Positions 52,777 to 62,188 of a DNA stretch of 64,000 nucleotides are shown piece by piece (position 1 is the first letter of the stretch; every line of letters begins with the position of its first letter). Made by a program: the position numbers and the translations under genes. Source of the stretch: an uncultured delta proteobacterium (GTDB lineage: Bacteria; Myxococcota; B64-G9); NCBI GenBank assembly GCA_963754925.1, contig CAVWHX010000004.1, positions 555,883 to 619,882 of the forward strand, written 5' to 3'. The notes beneath the pieces were generated by a model. The model was given only the letters and a program-made list of their open reading frames with translations, had not been told where the DNA came from and made no database searches.

Positions 52777-54279
52777 TCAAGGAACGCAGGCCGCACCGGT
52801 ACAGTGCGTCAGAACTGTGGCGCAGGGCACGTCGCCGGCAAGCTTGATGGCGGTGACCGGAACGGCATTGGAAGAAGGCACGACGTTGAGATTTCCCGTT
52901 GCCCCGGAGTCGCTACCGAAGATGTAACCGGTCGTCGGGAAGCTTGAGGTGCCGGTGATGGTATTTGCGTCTGTCATGACCATGTTAATAAGCGAAATAT
53001 TCATGGTAAGACCGGCAAACGCCCAGATGTTCAACGCCCCGCCAAAGAGGTGAGTATGGAGCGTGACGCCGTAGACACCATCGCCATCCGAATCAACTGC
53101 TCCAGAGCAACTCGTCGGCAAGGTGCCAGGCGAGTATGGATAGGGATCGATCAATGCGCTGGGGGGGGCTGGACAGGTATTGTTTGTCGGAGGCGGTGGC
53201 CCACCCCAACCGCTGTTGATCGTGAAAGAGGGTAGCGTGAAGGCGCCCCCTGCTTGCACGCACTGATCCGATTGCGACGCTATCGCACTGAAGGTCGCAA
53301 GCACCGCCGGCGAATAGTCGGTGCTAAACGGAATACCGGCGGTGTTGGTGGTGCTCAGAGAGCAAATCTGGAACTGGAAATTAAGGTTAGGGCCGGACGT
53401 GGTTGTGAGTATGCGCTGCACTACATCGATGGTTGCTTTCGTGAGAGTACCAATCGGGGCTGGCGCGGTGATGGTGCCCCCGGTCGTAACGCGAGAAATC
53501 CAGGTGCCGGTTTGATCGACGCAGTCGGGACAATCGCTATCTTTTGCATGGGTGCAGGTGGCCGGGCAACAGCCGTCGCCGCCCACGCAATCGGTGATCG
53601 CCATATCCACGCAGACGGCCTGACAGCCAGTGCCCTGGAGTTTGACCGGATTGCAAGGATCGGCGCCCGGATTGCAGCTCGTCGGGCAGGCGCCCGGGTG
53701 ACCAGCAGCGATTGCAATGTCGCAGGTCTCGCCATTGTCCAGCACACCGTTGCCGCACAGAGCCGGGTTGGGGCAATCGCTGTCATTCGTATAGGTGCAC
53801 GCGCTTGGGCAGCAACCGTCGCTGGTCGTGCCGCTACACTGTGTAATCACCTGAACAACGCACTCAGCTGCGCAGGCGGTGCCTTGGAGCGTTGAAGGGT
53901 GGCAGCCATCAACAGCTGTGCAACTGGTCGGGCAGGCGCCTGGTTGACCCGCGGCGATTCCAATATCGCAGGTCTCACCGGTTTCTTTGACACGGTTACC
54001 GCAGCAGGGTGCAATCGGGGTGTTTTGGCAGGAAGCGACACACGTACCGCCGTTCTGCAGTGTCGATGTGGTGCAGGAGTCGGGAGGCGTGCAACTAGTC
54101 GGGCAGGCGCCTGGTTGGCCCGCGGCGATTCCGGTATCGCAGGTTTCACCCATTTCGACCACGCCGTTGCCGCAAGTAGCATCGCCCCCAAGGGGCGCGT
54201 AATCATCACACGCAAAAAGGAACGCCACACTTAAAAAGCATACCATTCCTACCAATCGAGCTTTTCCGCCGTCCGTCAT
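52777..54279 (-). CDS. Cys-rich repeat lipoprotein 2 (3 repeats plus the same C-terminal domain)
   Basis: AGGAGG RBS; lipobox LFAC; C-domain highly similar to lipoprotein 1. Confidence 0.85.
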   Translation of the reverse strand: MTDGGKARLVGMVCFLSVAFLFACDDYAPLGGDATCGNGVVEMGETCDTGIAAGQPGACPTSCTPPDSCTTSTLQNGGTCVASCQNTPIAPCCGNRVKETGETCDIGIAAGQPGACPTSCTAVDGCHPSTLQGTACAAECVVQVITQCSGTTSDGCCPSACTYTNDSDCPNPALCGNGVLDNGETCDIAIAAGHPGACPTSCNPGADPCNPVKLQGTGCQAVCVDMAITDCVGGDGCCPATCTHAKDSDCPDCVDQTGTWISRVTTGGTITAPAPIGTLTKATIDVVQRILTTTSGPNLNFQFQICSLSTTNTAGIPFSTDYSPAVLATFSAIASQSDQCVQAGGAFTLPSFTINSGWGGPPPPTNNTCPAPPSALIDPYPYSPGTLPTSCSGAVDSDGDGVYGVTLHTHLFGGALNIWAFAGLTMNISLINMVMTDANTITGTSSFPTTGYIFGSDSGATGNLNVVPSSNAVPVTAIKLAGDVPCATVLTHCTGAACVP

Positions 54280-54619
54280 TGCATTCCTCCTGAGCACGAT
54301 CTACTTAACCATTTGACTATTATGTATAATTTAGATATCGATGGGAAGAGGGTTATTTTATTTTTTTTGGAAACTGACAGAACCCACCTCATTGTAATTA
54401 CTATAAATTGTAAAAGGTTATAACCGCAGTGTCAATGGAAAAGTCTAGTGCCAACACAACAATTGATTTACCAATGAATTCAATGGGTTGACATGGGTTC
54501 CGATTTAACTTTAAAAATGCCAACAAAACAGGTGGGTTATACCCTAGAATGCCCATCGAAAGGAAGGCGCCTGTTCGAGATTAAATTGATGTTGTTGGAA
54601 GCTACGTTAGCTTCGGACA

Positions 54620-55847
54620 TCAAGGAACGCAGGTTGCACCCATGCAGCGCGTCAGGACTGTGGCGCTGGGAACATTGCCAATCAGTTTGATCAAATTGAC
54701 CGGAATGGAGCCTGCGTTGGGCGTGACCGCTATCGGTCCGTGTACGTTTAAATTTAAACTGCCGTAATATGTAGAGAAGACATAACCGGTTGCTGAAAAT
54801 CTTCGGTTCCAGCCATATTATTCGTGGTCTGCAAGATCACATTTGCAAATATTGTAGTAAAGGTAAGGCCGGAGTAGGCGTTGGCGGTAAGTCCGCTGGC
54901 AGTGATCGGCAGTGTTATGCCGGGGTGTCCATCACCGTCTGGATCACCAACGACCTGAGGCGATTGTGTCGAGTTATTCCAACCGCTTATGATTACAAAA
55001 TCGGGAAGCGTAACAGCGCCGCCGATATATGCGGAGAAGGCCTATTCCGTTGGGATCGTGGTGAAGAGCGACAGCAGCGAATTGTAGTTGATCGAAAACG
55101 AATAACCGGAGATCGTGCCGGTTGTACTTAGTTTGCAAATGTCGAACAGGGCGGTAATAATGTCGCTGGACTTCTTAACGACTATTCGATGAATTAAGTC
55201 GATGTTGGCGTTAGTGTCGTTTCCGATCGGCGTATTTATGGTGCCCGTGGTTGAGATGCGTGAAATCCAGGTGCCGGTCAGCCGGTCAGATCGACACAGT
55301 CGTTATCGTTGCTCGATGTACAACCGGCGGGACAGCAGCCGTCGCCGTTAGTGCAAGTGGTTATGGCCGCGTGCGTACAGGCGGCAAGGCAGGTACCGCC
55401 GTTTTGTAACGTGTCGGTGGTGCACGCGTTGCCGTCGTTGCAATTGGTCGGGTATGCGCCCGAATGACCCGCGGCGATTCCGGTGTCGCAAGTCTCGGCG
55501 CCGGTGACAAAACCATCGCCGCAGACCGTGTTGCAATCGTTGTCGTTTCCGGCGCTGCAACCGCTCGGACAACAACTATCGTTGTTTATACAAACCGTAA
55601 CGGGAGTATGGGTGCATATGGCAGCGCAGGTGCCCGCATTTTGTAAGGCGTCTATTGTGCAACCATTACCATCGTTGCAGGTTGTTGGGCACGCGCCCGG
55701 CTGCCACGCAGCGATTCCCGTATCGCAGGCCTCGCCGACCTCGAGTATGCCGTTGCCGCAGACAGGGGGACAATCGTTATCTTGGTTGTTGTTGCAGAGG
55801 GGGGATTATCACTGTCGTCTTTCGGGCAGCAGCCATCGTTGCCGTCC
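54620..55847 (-). pseudogene. decayed 3' half of Cys-rich lipoprotein 3 (2 repeats plus C-domain)
   Basis: CGNGILEVGEACD and CGDGFVTGAETCD repeats; TGTWISRISTTGTI and terminal TVLTRCMGATCVP* are homologous to paralogs 1 and 2, with several frameshifts or stops. Confidence 0.75.
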
Positions 55848-57807
55848 CTAAGTCTCTGGGCAGAACGCTTGTCTTGGTAAATCGGACTGTTACCCCTTTG
55901 TCCAATTTGGGTAAAATAAGTACCGGTTCATATAAACCGGATCTTGAGAACAACCGAAAGGCTAAAATCAAAAATATTACTTTGATCTGACGAAGCGGAA
56001 GCCTGTAAAGTTTTCGTTCGTTGTACGGGGCGTCGCTGACTGGGCCGCCTACCTCTAGGTTAGGAGCGCCACGAAACCAGTCACCGCCGCGATCCACACG
56101 GCCTGGACCGCTCCCATTCCATTCAAAGCACCATTCAGCCACATTGCCGCTCATGTCATATATTCCCAGGGTGTTAGCGGTTTTGCCTGCCACCGGTTGG
56201 GTTGTTATTGTGTTACCCGTCACTTGGTCAGTACTGTCCCCAAACCATGCGACAGCATTATCAGCGTTAAAGTTGGTATAATCCGCTGTCGCTCCGCTGG
56301 CATAAGCCCCCGGTGTCCAATAAATGCCAGTATTTAGTATGCCCCACCCTGGATTGGTCGTGCCTATATATCTAGCCGCGCACTCCCATTCCATACTTCC
56401 CGGCAGTTGAAACCCATTGGCATCGGAGTTGACATAGGGATTGTCCTCATGACCTGCGGTAGTATCAATAGCGCCATTATCCACGCTCCTGATCGGAGTG
56501 GTATAACCTGCATCAGTATAATACACCGGTGTAAGCCCCGCCAACTCGCTGGCGGCATTACACCAGGCTATGGCGTCCCGCCAGTTAATGGTAGTTACGG
56601 GTTGCTGCGTACTTCCCGAACCAGTACTACCGAGGTATCCACTATTGGCAAATGTATAGTTGTGTGACATAGCCCAGGTGTACACGGCACTCCACAACTC
56701 GTAGGTCACCTCGGTCTCACCCATCCAGAACGCGCTTACCGTTTGGTTACCTGCTGTGTCAGAAGTGCCGGTAGGAAATGTACCTCCCGGTGCATACTTC
56801 ATGTTGAAAGTGACGCCTGCTATGGAAGTAGGGCAGCAGCCACCGCCGGTCGCACAGGCCGTAATTGATGTATTCACACATTGGGCCGTGCAGGTGCCGG
56901 CGTTTTGAAGTGTCGAGGTGGTGCAGGAGTTAGGAGCCGTGCAGCTTGACGGACAGGCGCCGGTCTGGCCAGCAGGGATTGCTTTATCGCAGGTCTCACC
57001 GGTCTCGACTATGCCGTTGCCGCAGCAGGGCGTGATAGGCGTATTGACGCACTGGGCCGTGCAGGTGCCGGCGTTTTGAAGCGTCGAGGTGGTGCAGGAG
57101 TAAGGAGCCGTGCAGCTCGTCGGGCACGCGCCCGGCTGGCCCGCGGCGATTCCGGTGTCGCAGGTCTCCCCAGCCGATACCACTCCATCGCCGCACGTCA
57201 CTGGACAATCGCTGTCTGTGAGGATAGTGCAACCGGTTGGGCAGCAACCGTCGTCGTTTATACAGGTTAGCGGACATTCATTTATCGCGATAGGGTGCGA
57301 AAATGTATAACCCACGTCGTCGAGTCTGGTCGAATCCTTGCCGTGCCTGGTGTAATCCATCACCGTGACTTTAATCGAGAGCGTCTCGTTATCTTCAGTT
57401 GGTTGGCTTGGAACCGACACAACATTATTCTCCACGCGGTTCGTGAGATAGGCTTTGCTGCTGTCAGTTGCGTCCGGTTTAAAGGTCAGCCAACTCAACT
57501 TTCCTCCCATATCATTGACGATTGTAAAATCTTCCCACGTGTACGGAGGGATACCCCCACTTGCATCCAGCTCAACACTATAATTATTTTGCCCCACATT
57601 CGGATCTTTCCAATCCGTGACCGTTATCGTCAAGGGAGCTACCAGCACACACTTGCCACAGGTATCCATAGAACAGGAGTGCAGGCCCGCGGAAGTGGTC
57701 AGACATTGGTCATTGCTCGTACAGCAATAATTATCGTTAGTAGAGCAACCTGCTCCACCTATCAGCATCATTGCCATCATAGAACCCGCTAATAGAAAGT
57801 TTCTCAT
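55777..57807 (-). CDS. Cys-rich lipoprotein 3 fused to an FGE-sulfatase (CLec-fold) domain; frameshift near the C-terminus (natural stop at 55977-55979)
   Basis: Lipobox GAGC; SGGIPPYTW Ig-like motif; 2 repeats; FGE motifs ETEVT, PVTTINW.DA..WCN, LP...EWE.AAR, N.LGIYDMSGNV.EWC, RGG.W; terminal GFRFVR lies in the +1 frame. Confidence 0.75.
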   Translation of the reverse strand: MRNFLLAGSMMAMMLIGGAGCSTNDNYCCTSNDQCLTTSAGLHSCSMDTCGKCVLVAPLTITVTDWKDPNVGQNNYSVELDASGGIPPYTWEDFTIVNDMGGKLSWLTFKPDATDSSKAYLTNRVENNVVSVPSQPTEDNETLSIKVTVMDYTRHGKDSTRLDDVGYTFSHPIAINECPLTCINDDGCCPTGCTILTDSDCPVTCGDGVVSAGETCDTGIAAGQPGACPTSCTAPYSCTTSTLQNAGTCTAQCVNTPITPCCGNGIVETGETCDKAIPAGQTGACPSSCTAPNSCTTSTLQNAGTCTAQCVNTSITACATGGGCCPTSIAGVTFNMKYAPGGTFPTGTSDTAGNQTVSAFWMGETEVTYELWSAVYTWAMSHNYTFANSGYLGSTGSGSTQQPVTTINWRDAIAWCNAASELAGLTPVYYTDAGYTTPIRSVDNGAIDTTAGHEDNPYVNSDANGFQLPGSMEWECAARYIGTTNPGWGILNTGIYWTPGAYASGATADYTNFNADNAVAWFGDSTDQVTGNTITTQPVAGKTANTLGIYDMSGNVAEWCFEWNGSGPGRVDRGGDWFRGAPNLEVGGPVSDAPYNERKLYRLPLRQIKVIFLILAFRLFSRSGLYEPVLILPKLDKGVTVRFTKTSVLPRDLGTATMAAARKTTVIIPPLQQQPR

Positions 57808-58000
57808 AGACTTTGCTCCACAGAGGTGTGTACCGGCGTTTTCGATCGTTCGAAAATCAACAAATTTTGTAATCTTTTTAATACCTTCGACCCTATGAAA
57901 AATCAAGACGTATCTCTGTTGCTTGTATCGTATAGAGTCGTGTAACTTAGCGTCGCCATTTAGCTGAAAAGTCGGGTAAATTTATCTATGGCCGTCCCGA

Positions 58001-58017
58001 AGCAATAGCTATGCCAG
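58001..58017 (-). promoter_or_regulatory. putative sigma54 promoter of lipoprotein 3
   Basis: Minus strand CTGGCATAGCTATTGCT, near-consensus -24/-12, with AT-rich tract upstream. Confidence 0.65.
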
Positions 58018-58405
58018 TGGCGATGGGAGAGAAGAGGATCCGCACATTTATTTATAACATATTATTATAGAATTATTTTGGGGGTTTCGCTCACCGCGAT
58101 TGAATTGCATGTCGTATTGTCTGTCAATCATGTTTACTGTCCGAATATCAGTCAGGGCTGCCCGGGTTTGGGACGTTAGCCGTTTGCGGACAGCTGTAAA
58201 GCCTGTCCCTGCCTTCTAGCACGAATCACCAAGGAGCCGTTTGTAGAATGCTTTCCTAAGCGCGGGACGAAATCGATCGTGGAACTCGGAAAGACATCGG
58301 GTGTAATAGGGATCGTATTGTCTTCCTTTTCTTGACACTCTGACAAGTTACGACAATAAATGACGAACGTTGTTTACCAGCCCGTTCGGACGTGAGGAGA
58401 CATTG

Positions 58406-59953
58406 ATGCGTCGCACAACATCCAAGGCCAAGCCAACAAGAGCCACAGCGCCTCGTTCAACCCGCCAGCCAGTGCGATATCCACGTATGAAAATAGTCAT
58501 CACTGCGTCCGAAGCGGTACCCTATGCCAAAGTGGGCGGATTGGGAGACGTCGTCGGAACGCTGCCTAAGTTGCTTGCCGCGATGGGACACGAGGTCATT
58601 CTGGTTATTCCCAAGTACCAGGAAATCGAATACCAGCGACACGGCTTCAATCCTTTCATAGGAAGCATGGGGGTCCAGACCGGCAACGGTGTCGAATGGT
58701 GCAAGGTGCACATGCGCAACGACCCGTGCGGCTTTAAGGTCTTTCTCATCGAGCACCATCTGTACTTTTCGCGGCCAGGAATCTACGACCACGATGGTCG
58801 CGCCTTCGATGACAATGGCTTGCGCTTTGCCTTTTTTTGCATGGCGGTCTTGCAATTGTGCCGCGATCTTAATTTCTTCGCGGACGTTATCCACTGCCAC
58901 GACTGGCCGACCGCGTTGATTCCAGCCCTTTTGAAGATCCAGTGCGGAAACGATCCGGTACTCGGGTATACCGGATCGGTCCTCACCATTCACAACCTGG
59001 CGTACCAGGGCAAGTTGCCGTCTTCGGCCTTTGCTTACGCCAGATTTCCCCCGTCGACCTGGAACCCCCAGATCTTTGAGGACCACGGTCAAATCAATTT
59101 TCTCAAGGGCGGTATCACGTTCGCTGATGTGCTCAACACCGTGAGCCCTACGTACGCGCGCGAGATTTTGAGCGATGTGGGCGGGGTCGGACTCGACCGA
59201 CACCTGGCCGACCGTCAGGCAGATCTCCATGGCATTCTCAACGGCGCCGATTATAACGAATGGAACCCGGAGATAGACGCCTTCATCCCCGCTCACTACT
59301 CCCGCAACAATATGGCCGGCAAAAAGCGTTGCAAGGCTTCGTTGCAAAAGGATTTTAGACTGACTCTCGATCCGAACGCTCCGGTGTGCGGCGTAGTGGC
59401 GCGGCTCACCGATCAGAAAGGAATCCACCTCATCGCCAACGCGGTCGGCGCGATCACCGGCATGGGCGGGCAACTAGTGGTGCTCGGGACCGGTAAAAAA
59501 CAGCTTGAGGATTTCTTTCGCTGGGTGCCGAGCCACTACCCCGGCCAGGTGGGTTCCCTGATAGGCTTCGACAACTACCGCGCCCACTTGATCGAGGCGG
59601 GCAGCGACCTGTATCTCATGCCGTCGCTGTTCGAACCATGCGGGCTGAACCAACTCTACGCTCTCCGCTATGGAACGATACCGGTGGTGCGGGCCACCGG
59701 CGGGCTTGAAGATACGGTGACTGAATACGATCCCGTCACCGGCACGGGAACGGGTTTTAAATTTCACGATATTTCTCTCGGATCGTTTGTCGGCGCTATT
59801 TCACGGGCGATGCATATTTACCGACACCGGCCCCAGCAGTTCGCGGCAATGCAAAGGCGCGCTATGGACATGCGCTTCACCTGGGAGCAGTCGGTCAAAC
59901 GGTACCTCGAGCTCTACCAATGGGCCGTTGCCAAGCGAAAGGTTTGGCGGTGA
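58406..59953 (+). CDS. glgA: glycogen synthase
   Basis: KVGGLGDV, IHCHDW, TIHNLAYQG, TVSPTYA.EI, RLTDQKG, MPSLFEPCGL.QLYALRYG; GAGGAG RBS. Confidence 0.95.
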   Translation: MRRTTSKAKPTRATAPRSTRQPVRYPRMKIVITASEAVPYAKVGGLGDVVGTLPKLLAAMGHEVILVIPKYQEIEYQRHGFNPFIGSMGVQTGNGVEWCKVHMRNDPCGFKVFLIEHHLYFSRPGIYDHDGRAFDDNGLRFAFFCMAVLQLCRDLNFFADVIHCHDWPTALIPALLKIQCGNDPVLGYTGSVLTIHNLAYQGKLPSSAFAYARFPPSTWNPQIFEDHGQINFLKGGITFADVLNTVSPTYAREILSDVGGVGLDRHLADRQADLHGILNGADYNEWNPEIDAFIPAHYSRNNMAGKKRCKASLQKDFRLTLDPNAPVCGVVARLTDQKGIHLIANAVGAITGMGGQLVVLGTGKKQLEDFFRWVPSHYPGQVGSLIGFDNYRAHLIEAGSDLYLMPSLFEPCGLNQLYALRYGTIPVVRATGGLEDTVTEYDPVTGTGTGFKFHDISLGSFVGAISRAMHIYRHRPQQFAAMQRRAMDMRFTWEQSVKRYLELYQWAVAKRKVWR

Positions 59954-60801
59954 GCGTTCTTATGCATCTTATCCGTGCCGGAATCCAGGCAACGCTTGCC
60001 CTCGATCTCGCGGTGGGCGCCGCAGCGGCCGCATCCACGACCCCGTGCGGGCCAGAAATTCCCGCAATGGCCTGTATTCCAGCCGGTGAGTTTATCCGCG
60101 GATCAACGAGCGGCCCGGCCGACGAACGTCCGGCTGAGAAGATTTACCTCAAAGCTTTTTACATGGACATCTATGAAGTCACCTTCTCTGAATATCAGGC
60201 ATGCGTAACGGTAAAGAAATGTCGCAGGGCCCGCCCTAACTATGAAGGATTTTCCGAGGCCAAGCAGCCAATGACCGGCGTATCCTGGTTCGGCGCGGAT
60301 GAGTTTTGCCGCGCTCACGGCAAGCGCCTGCCCACCGAGGCCGAGTGGGAAAAGGCCGCGCGCACGGAAGACGGACGCATATTCCCCTGGGGCAACGAGC
60401 CTGCCACGTGTGAGCGGGCCATCATCAAGGATGCCGCGGTCACCGGCTGCGGCACCGGCAAGGTGTGGCCGGTCGGTTCGCGGCCGCCGAACCCGTACGG
60501 ACTCTACGATATGGCCGGCAACTCTTTGGAATGGGTGGCGGATTGGTATAGTCCCAGTTACCAGGCCTGCGGAAACGCCTGCCGCGGCAAGAACCCGGCC
60601 GGTCCCTGCGGCGGTAAGTTCCCCTGTCCCGGCAGTGACATGAAGGTGGTGCGCGGCGGCTCGTGGTTTTGGCCGGCCGAGTATGCCACGACGACCAAAC
60701 GCCGGGCCCACTATCCAGAGAACAAGCCGTTCCACCACTTTGGGTTCAGGTGCGCAAAGGACGCGGTCGACGTGAAAAAAGCAACTGATTCAAACCCGTA
60801 A
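59950..60801 (+). CDS. secreted FGE-sulfatase (SUMF1/PvdO-like) domain protein
   Basis: IPAGEF.RG, YEVT, RLPTEAEWEKAAR, NPYGLYDMAGN..EWV.DWY, RGGSW, GFRCA; start approximate. Confidence 0.85.
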   Translation: MSVLMHLIRAGIQATLALDLAVGAAAAASTTPCGPEIPAMACIPAGEFIRGSTSGPADERPAEKIYLKAFYMDIYEVTFSEYQACVTVKKCRRARPNYEGFSEAKQPMTGVSWFGADEFCRAHGKRLPTEAEWEKAARTEDGRIFPWGNEPATCERAIIKDAAVTGCGTGKVWPVGSRPPNPYGLYDMAGNSLEWVADWYSPSYQACGNACRGKNPAGPCGGKFPCPGSDMKVVRGGSWFWPAEYATTTKRRAHYPENKPFHHFGFRCAKDAVDVKKATDSNP

Positions 60802-62188
60802 GGCCGATAAAGAACGCCACACCCACGATGAAGTTGGTAAGGTCGGTGACCAGACCCAATATGAGCACCACTATCCCGACCGTGAGGAAAAATAACGGGG
60901 TATAGGGATAGGCAAACGATCGGTAGGGACTTCGCAGCTTGAGTTTGTGACGGAAAATGAATACCAATGAAATCGTGATGCAGCACAGCAGGAGCATAAC
61001 CGAGCCGGTGAGGGTCATGAGATATTGAAATTTTTCGGTCAGCACGAGAACCGTCGTCAACAATCCCTGAACCACCAACGCCACCACGGGCGTTCGATTT
61101 ATCGGGTGAGTATCGGCCATCTTGCTCCAGAGATAACCGTCCCTGGCCATCGCGAGGCAGATCCGCGAGCCCGCCATGGTGGTGACGTTGATGCCGCCGG
61201 TGAGCGCCATGGCCATCAATACCGCAAAGACGCTTGCCCCGGCAGGACCGAAGAGATACTGGGCGACCACCACCCCGACATTGGACACCTCCGGCAGCTT
61301 TTGCAGCGGAACTACAGCGACAAATGCCATGTTCAGAATCAGGTAGATCGCGGTGGCAATAGCCAGCGCCGCCATAATGGCGGCCGGGATAGTCCGGCCC
61401 GGCGTGCGCACTTCTCCGCCTATGTAAACGAGAACATTCCAGCCGGTGTACGTGAAAAATACCGCGCAGAAGGCGGCCGCGATATTTTCCAGCTCGATCT
61501 GCGGCGCTATCGGCGCGACCGTCTGCGCCGACGACGTAAGGTCAACGTGGCCGGACAGCAACGCCCAAAAACCTACCGCCAAGAAAACCGCTATTGGCGT
61601 CCACGTCAACACCATTTGAAACAAACCGGAGAGGGAGACGCTGCGACAATTGATTAAGGTTGTGATCCAAATCACGCCAACGGCGAGCACATGACCCCAG
61701 GTGAGGACGAACGAACCAACCGCTACTATCGGCCACGCCAGCCAACCCCCGATAGCGGTCGAGGACAAGGTCTCTATCATGCCAGCCGCAAAGGCCGCTA
61801 TCGAGCCCGAGAATCCCGCAAAGAACGACATCCAACCCCAGGCGAAGGCCACCGGCCGACCAAATGCCTTATCCAGAAAGACGTACTCGCCACCCGCTTG
61901 TGGAAACAGCGATCCAAGTTCGGCGTACACCTGCGCCCCGGCGGCGGCAACCACTCCGCCGAGAACCCAAAATCCGAGGTATACCAATACCGTGGGGGAC
62001 GCTTTGGCGACTATCTGCGGATTGAGGAAAATGCCGACGCCGATGATGCTTCCCAGCACCAAAGCCATCGAGGATCCAAGCCCGAGTGTGCGTTTGTCTT
62101 CCACGCCAAGGCTTCGTACACAAGGCGTCGGTTGTTCCGACACGGTCACGGCGGCCGGAACCGAACTCGATGAGACGTTGGAGTTCAC
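60746..62188 (-). CDS. APC-family amino acid permease
   Basis: IIGVGIF, YAELGS.FPQAGGEYV, YTGW, EVRTPGRTIP, MARDG; about 12 TM segments. Confidence 0.9.
   Translation of the reverse strand: MNSNVSSSSVPAAVTVSEQPTPCVRSLGVEDKRTLGLGSSMALVLGSIIGVGIFLNPQIVAKASPTVLVYLGFWVLGGVVAAAGAQVYAELGSLFPQAGGEYVFLDKAFGRPVAFAWGWMSFFAGFSGSIAAFAAGMIETLSSTAIGGWLAWPIVAVGSFVLTWGHVLAVGVIWITTLINCRSVSLSGLFQMVLTWTPIAVFLAVGFWALLSGHVDLTSSAQTVAPIAPQIELENIAAAFCAVFFTYTGWNVLVYIGGEVRTPGRTIPAAIMAALAIATAIYLILNMAFVAVVPLQKLPEVSNVGVVVAQYLFGPAGASVFAVLMAMALTGGINVTTMAGSRICLAMARDGYLWSKMADTHPINRTPVVALVVQGLLTTVLVLTEKFQYLMTLTGSVMLLLCCITISLVFIFRHKLKLRSPYRSFAYPYTPLFFLTVGIVVLILGLVTDLTNFIVGVAFFIGLTGLNQLLFSRRPRPLRT

Noticed and set aside
54437-54454. 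TTGGCAC upstream of lipoprotein 2 as a sigma54 promoter
   Set aside because: No GC at the -12 position with correct spacing
54790-55131. 113-aa plus-strand ORF
   Set aside because: Lies antisense to the decayed lipoprotein C-domain remnant
59950-60801. Second FGE-domain gene as a DGR template or partner of the 56-kb module
   Set aside because: Host-like GC and no nucleotide-level near-identity with the 55920-56130 segment
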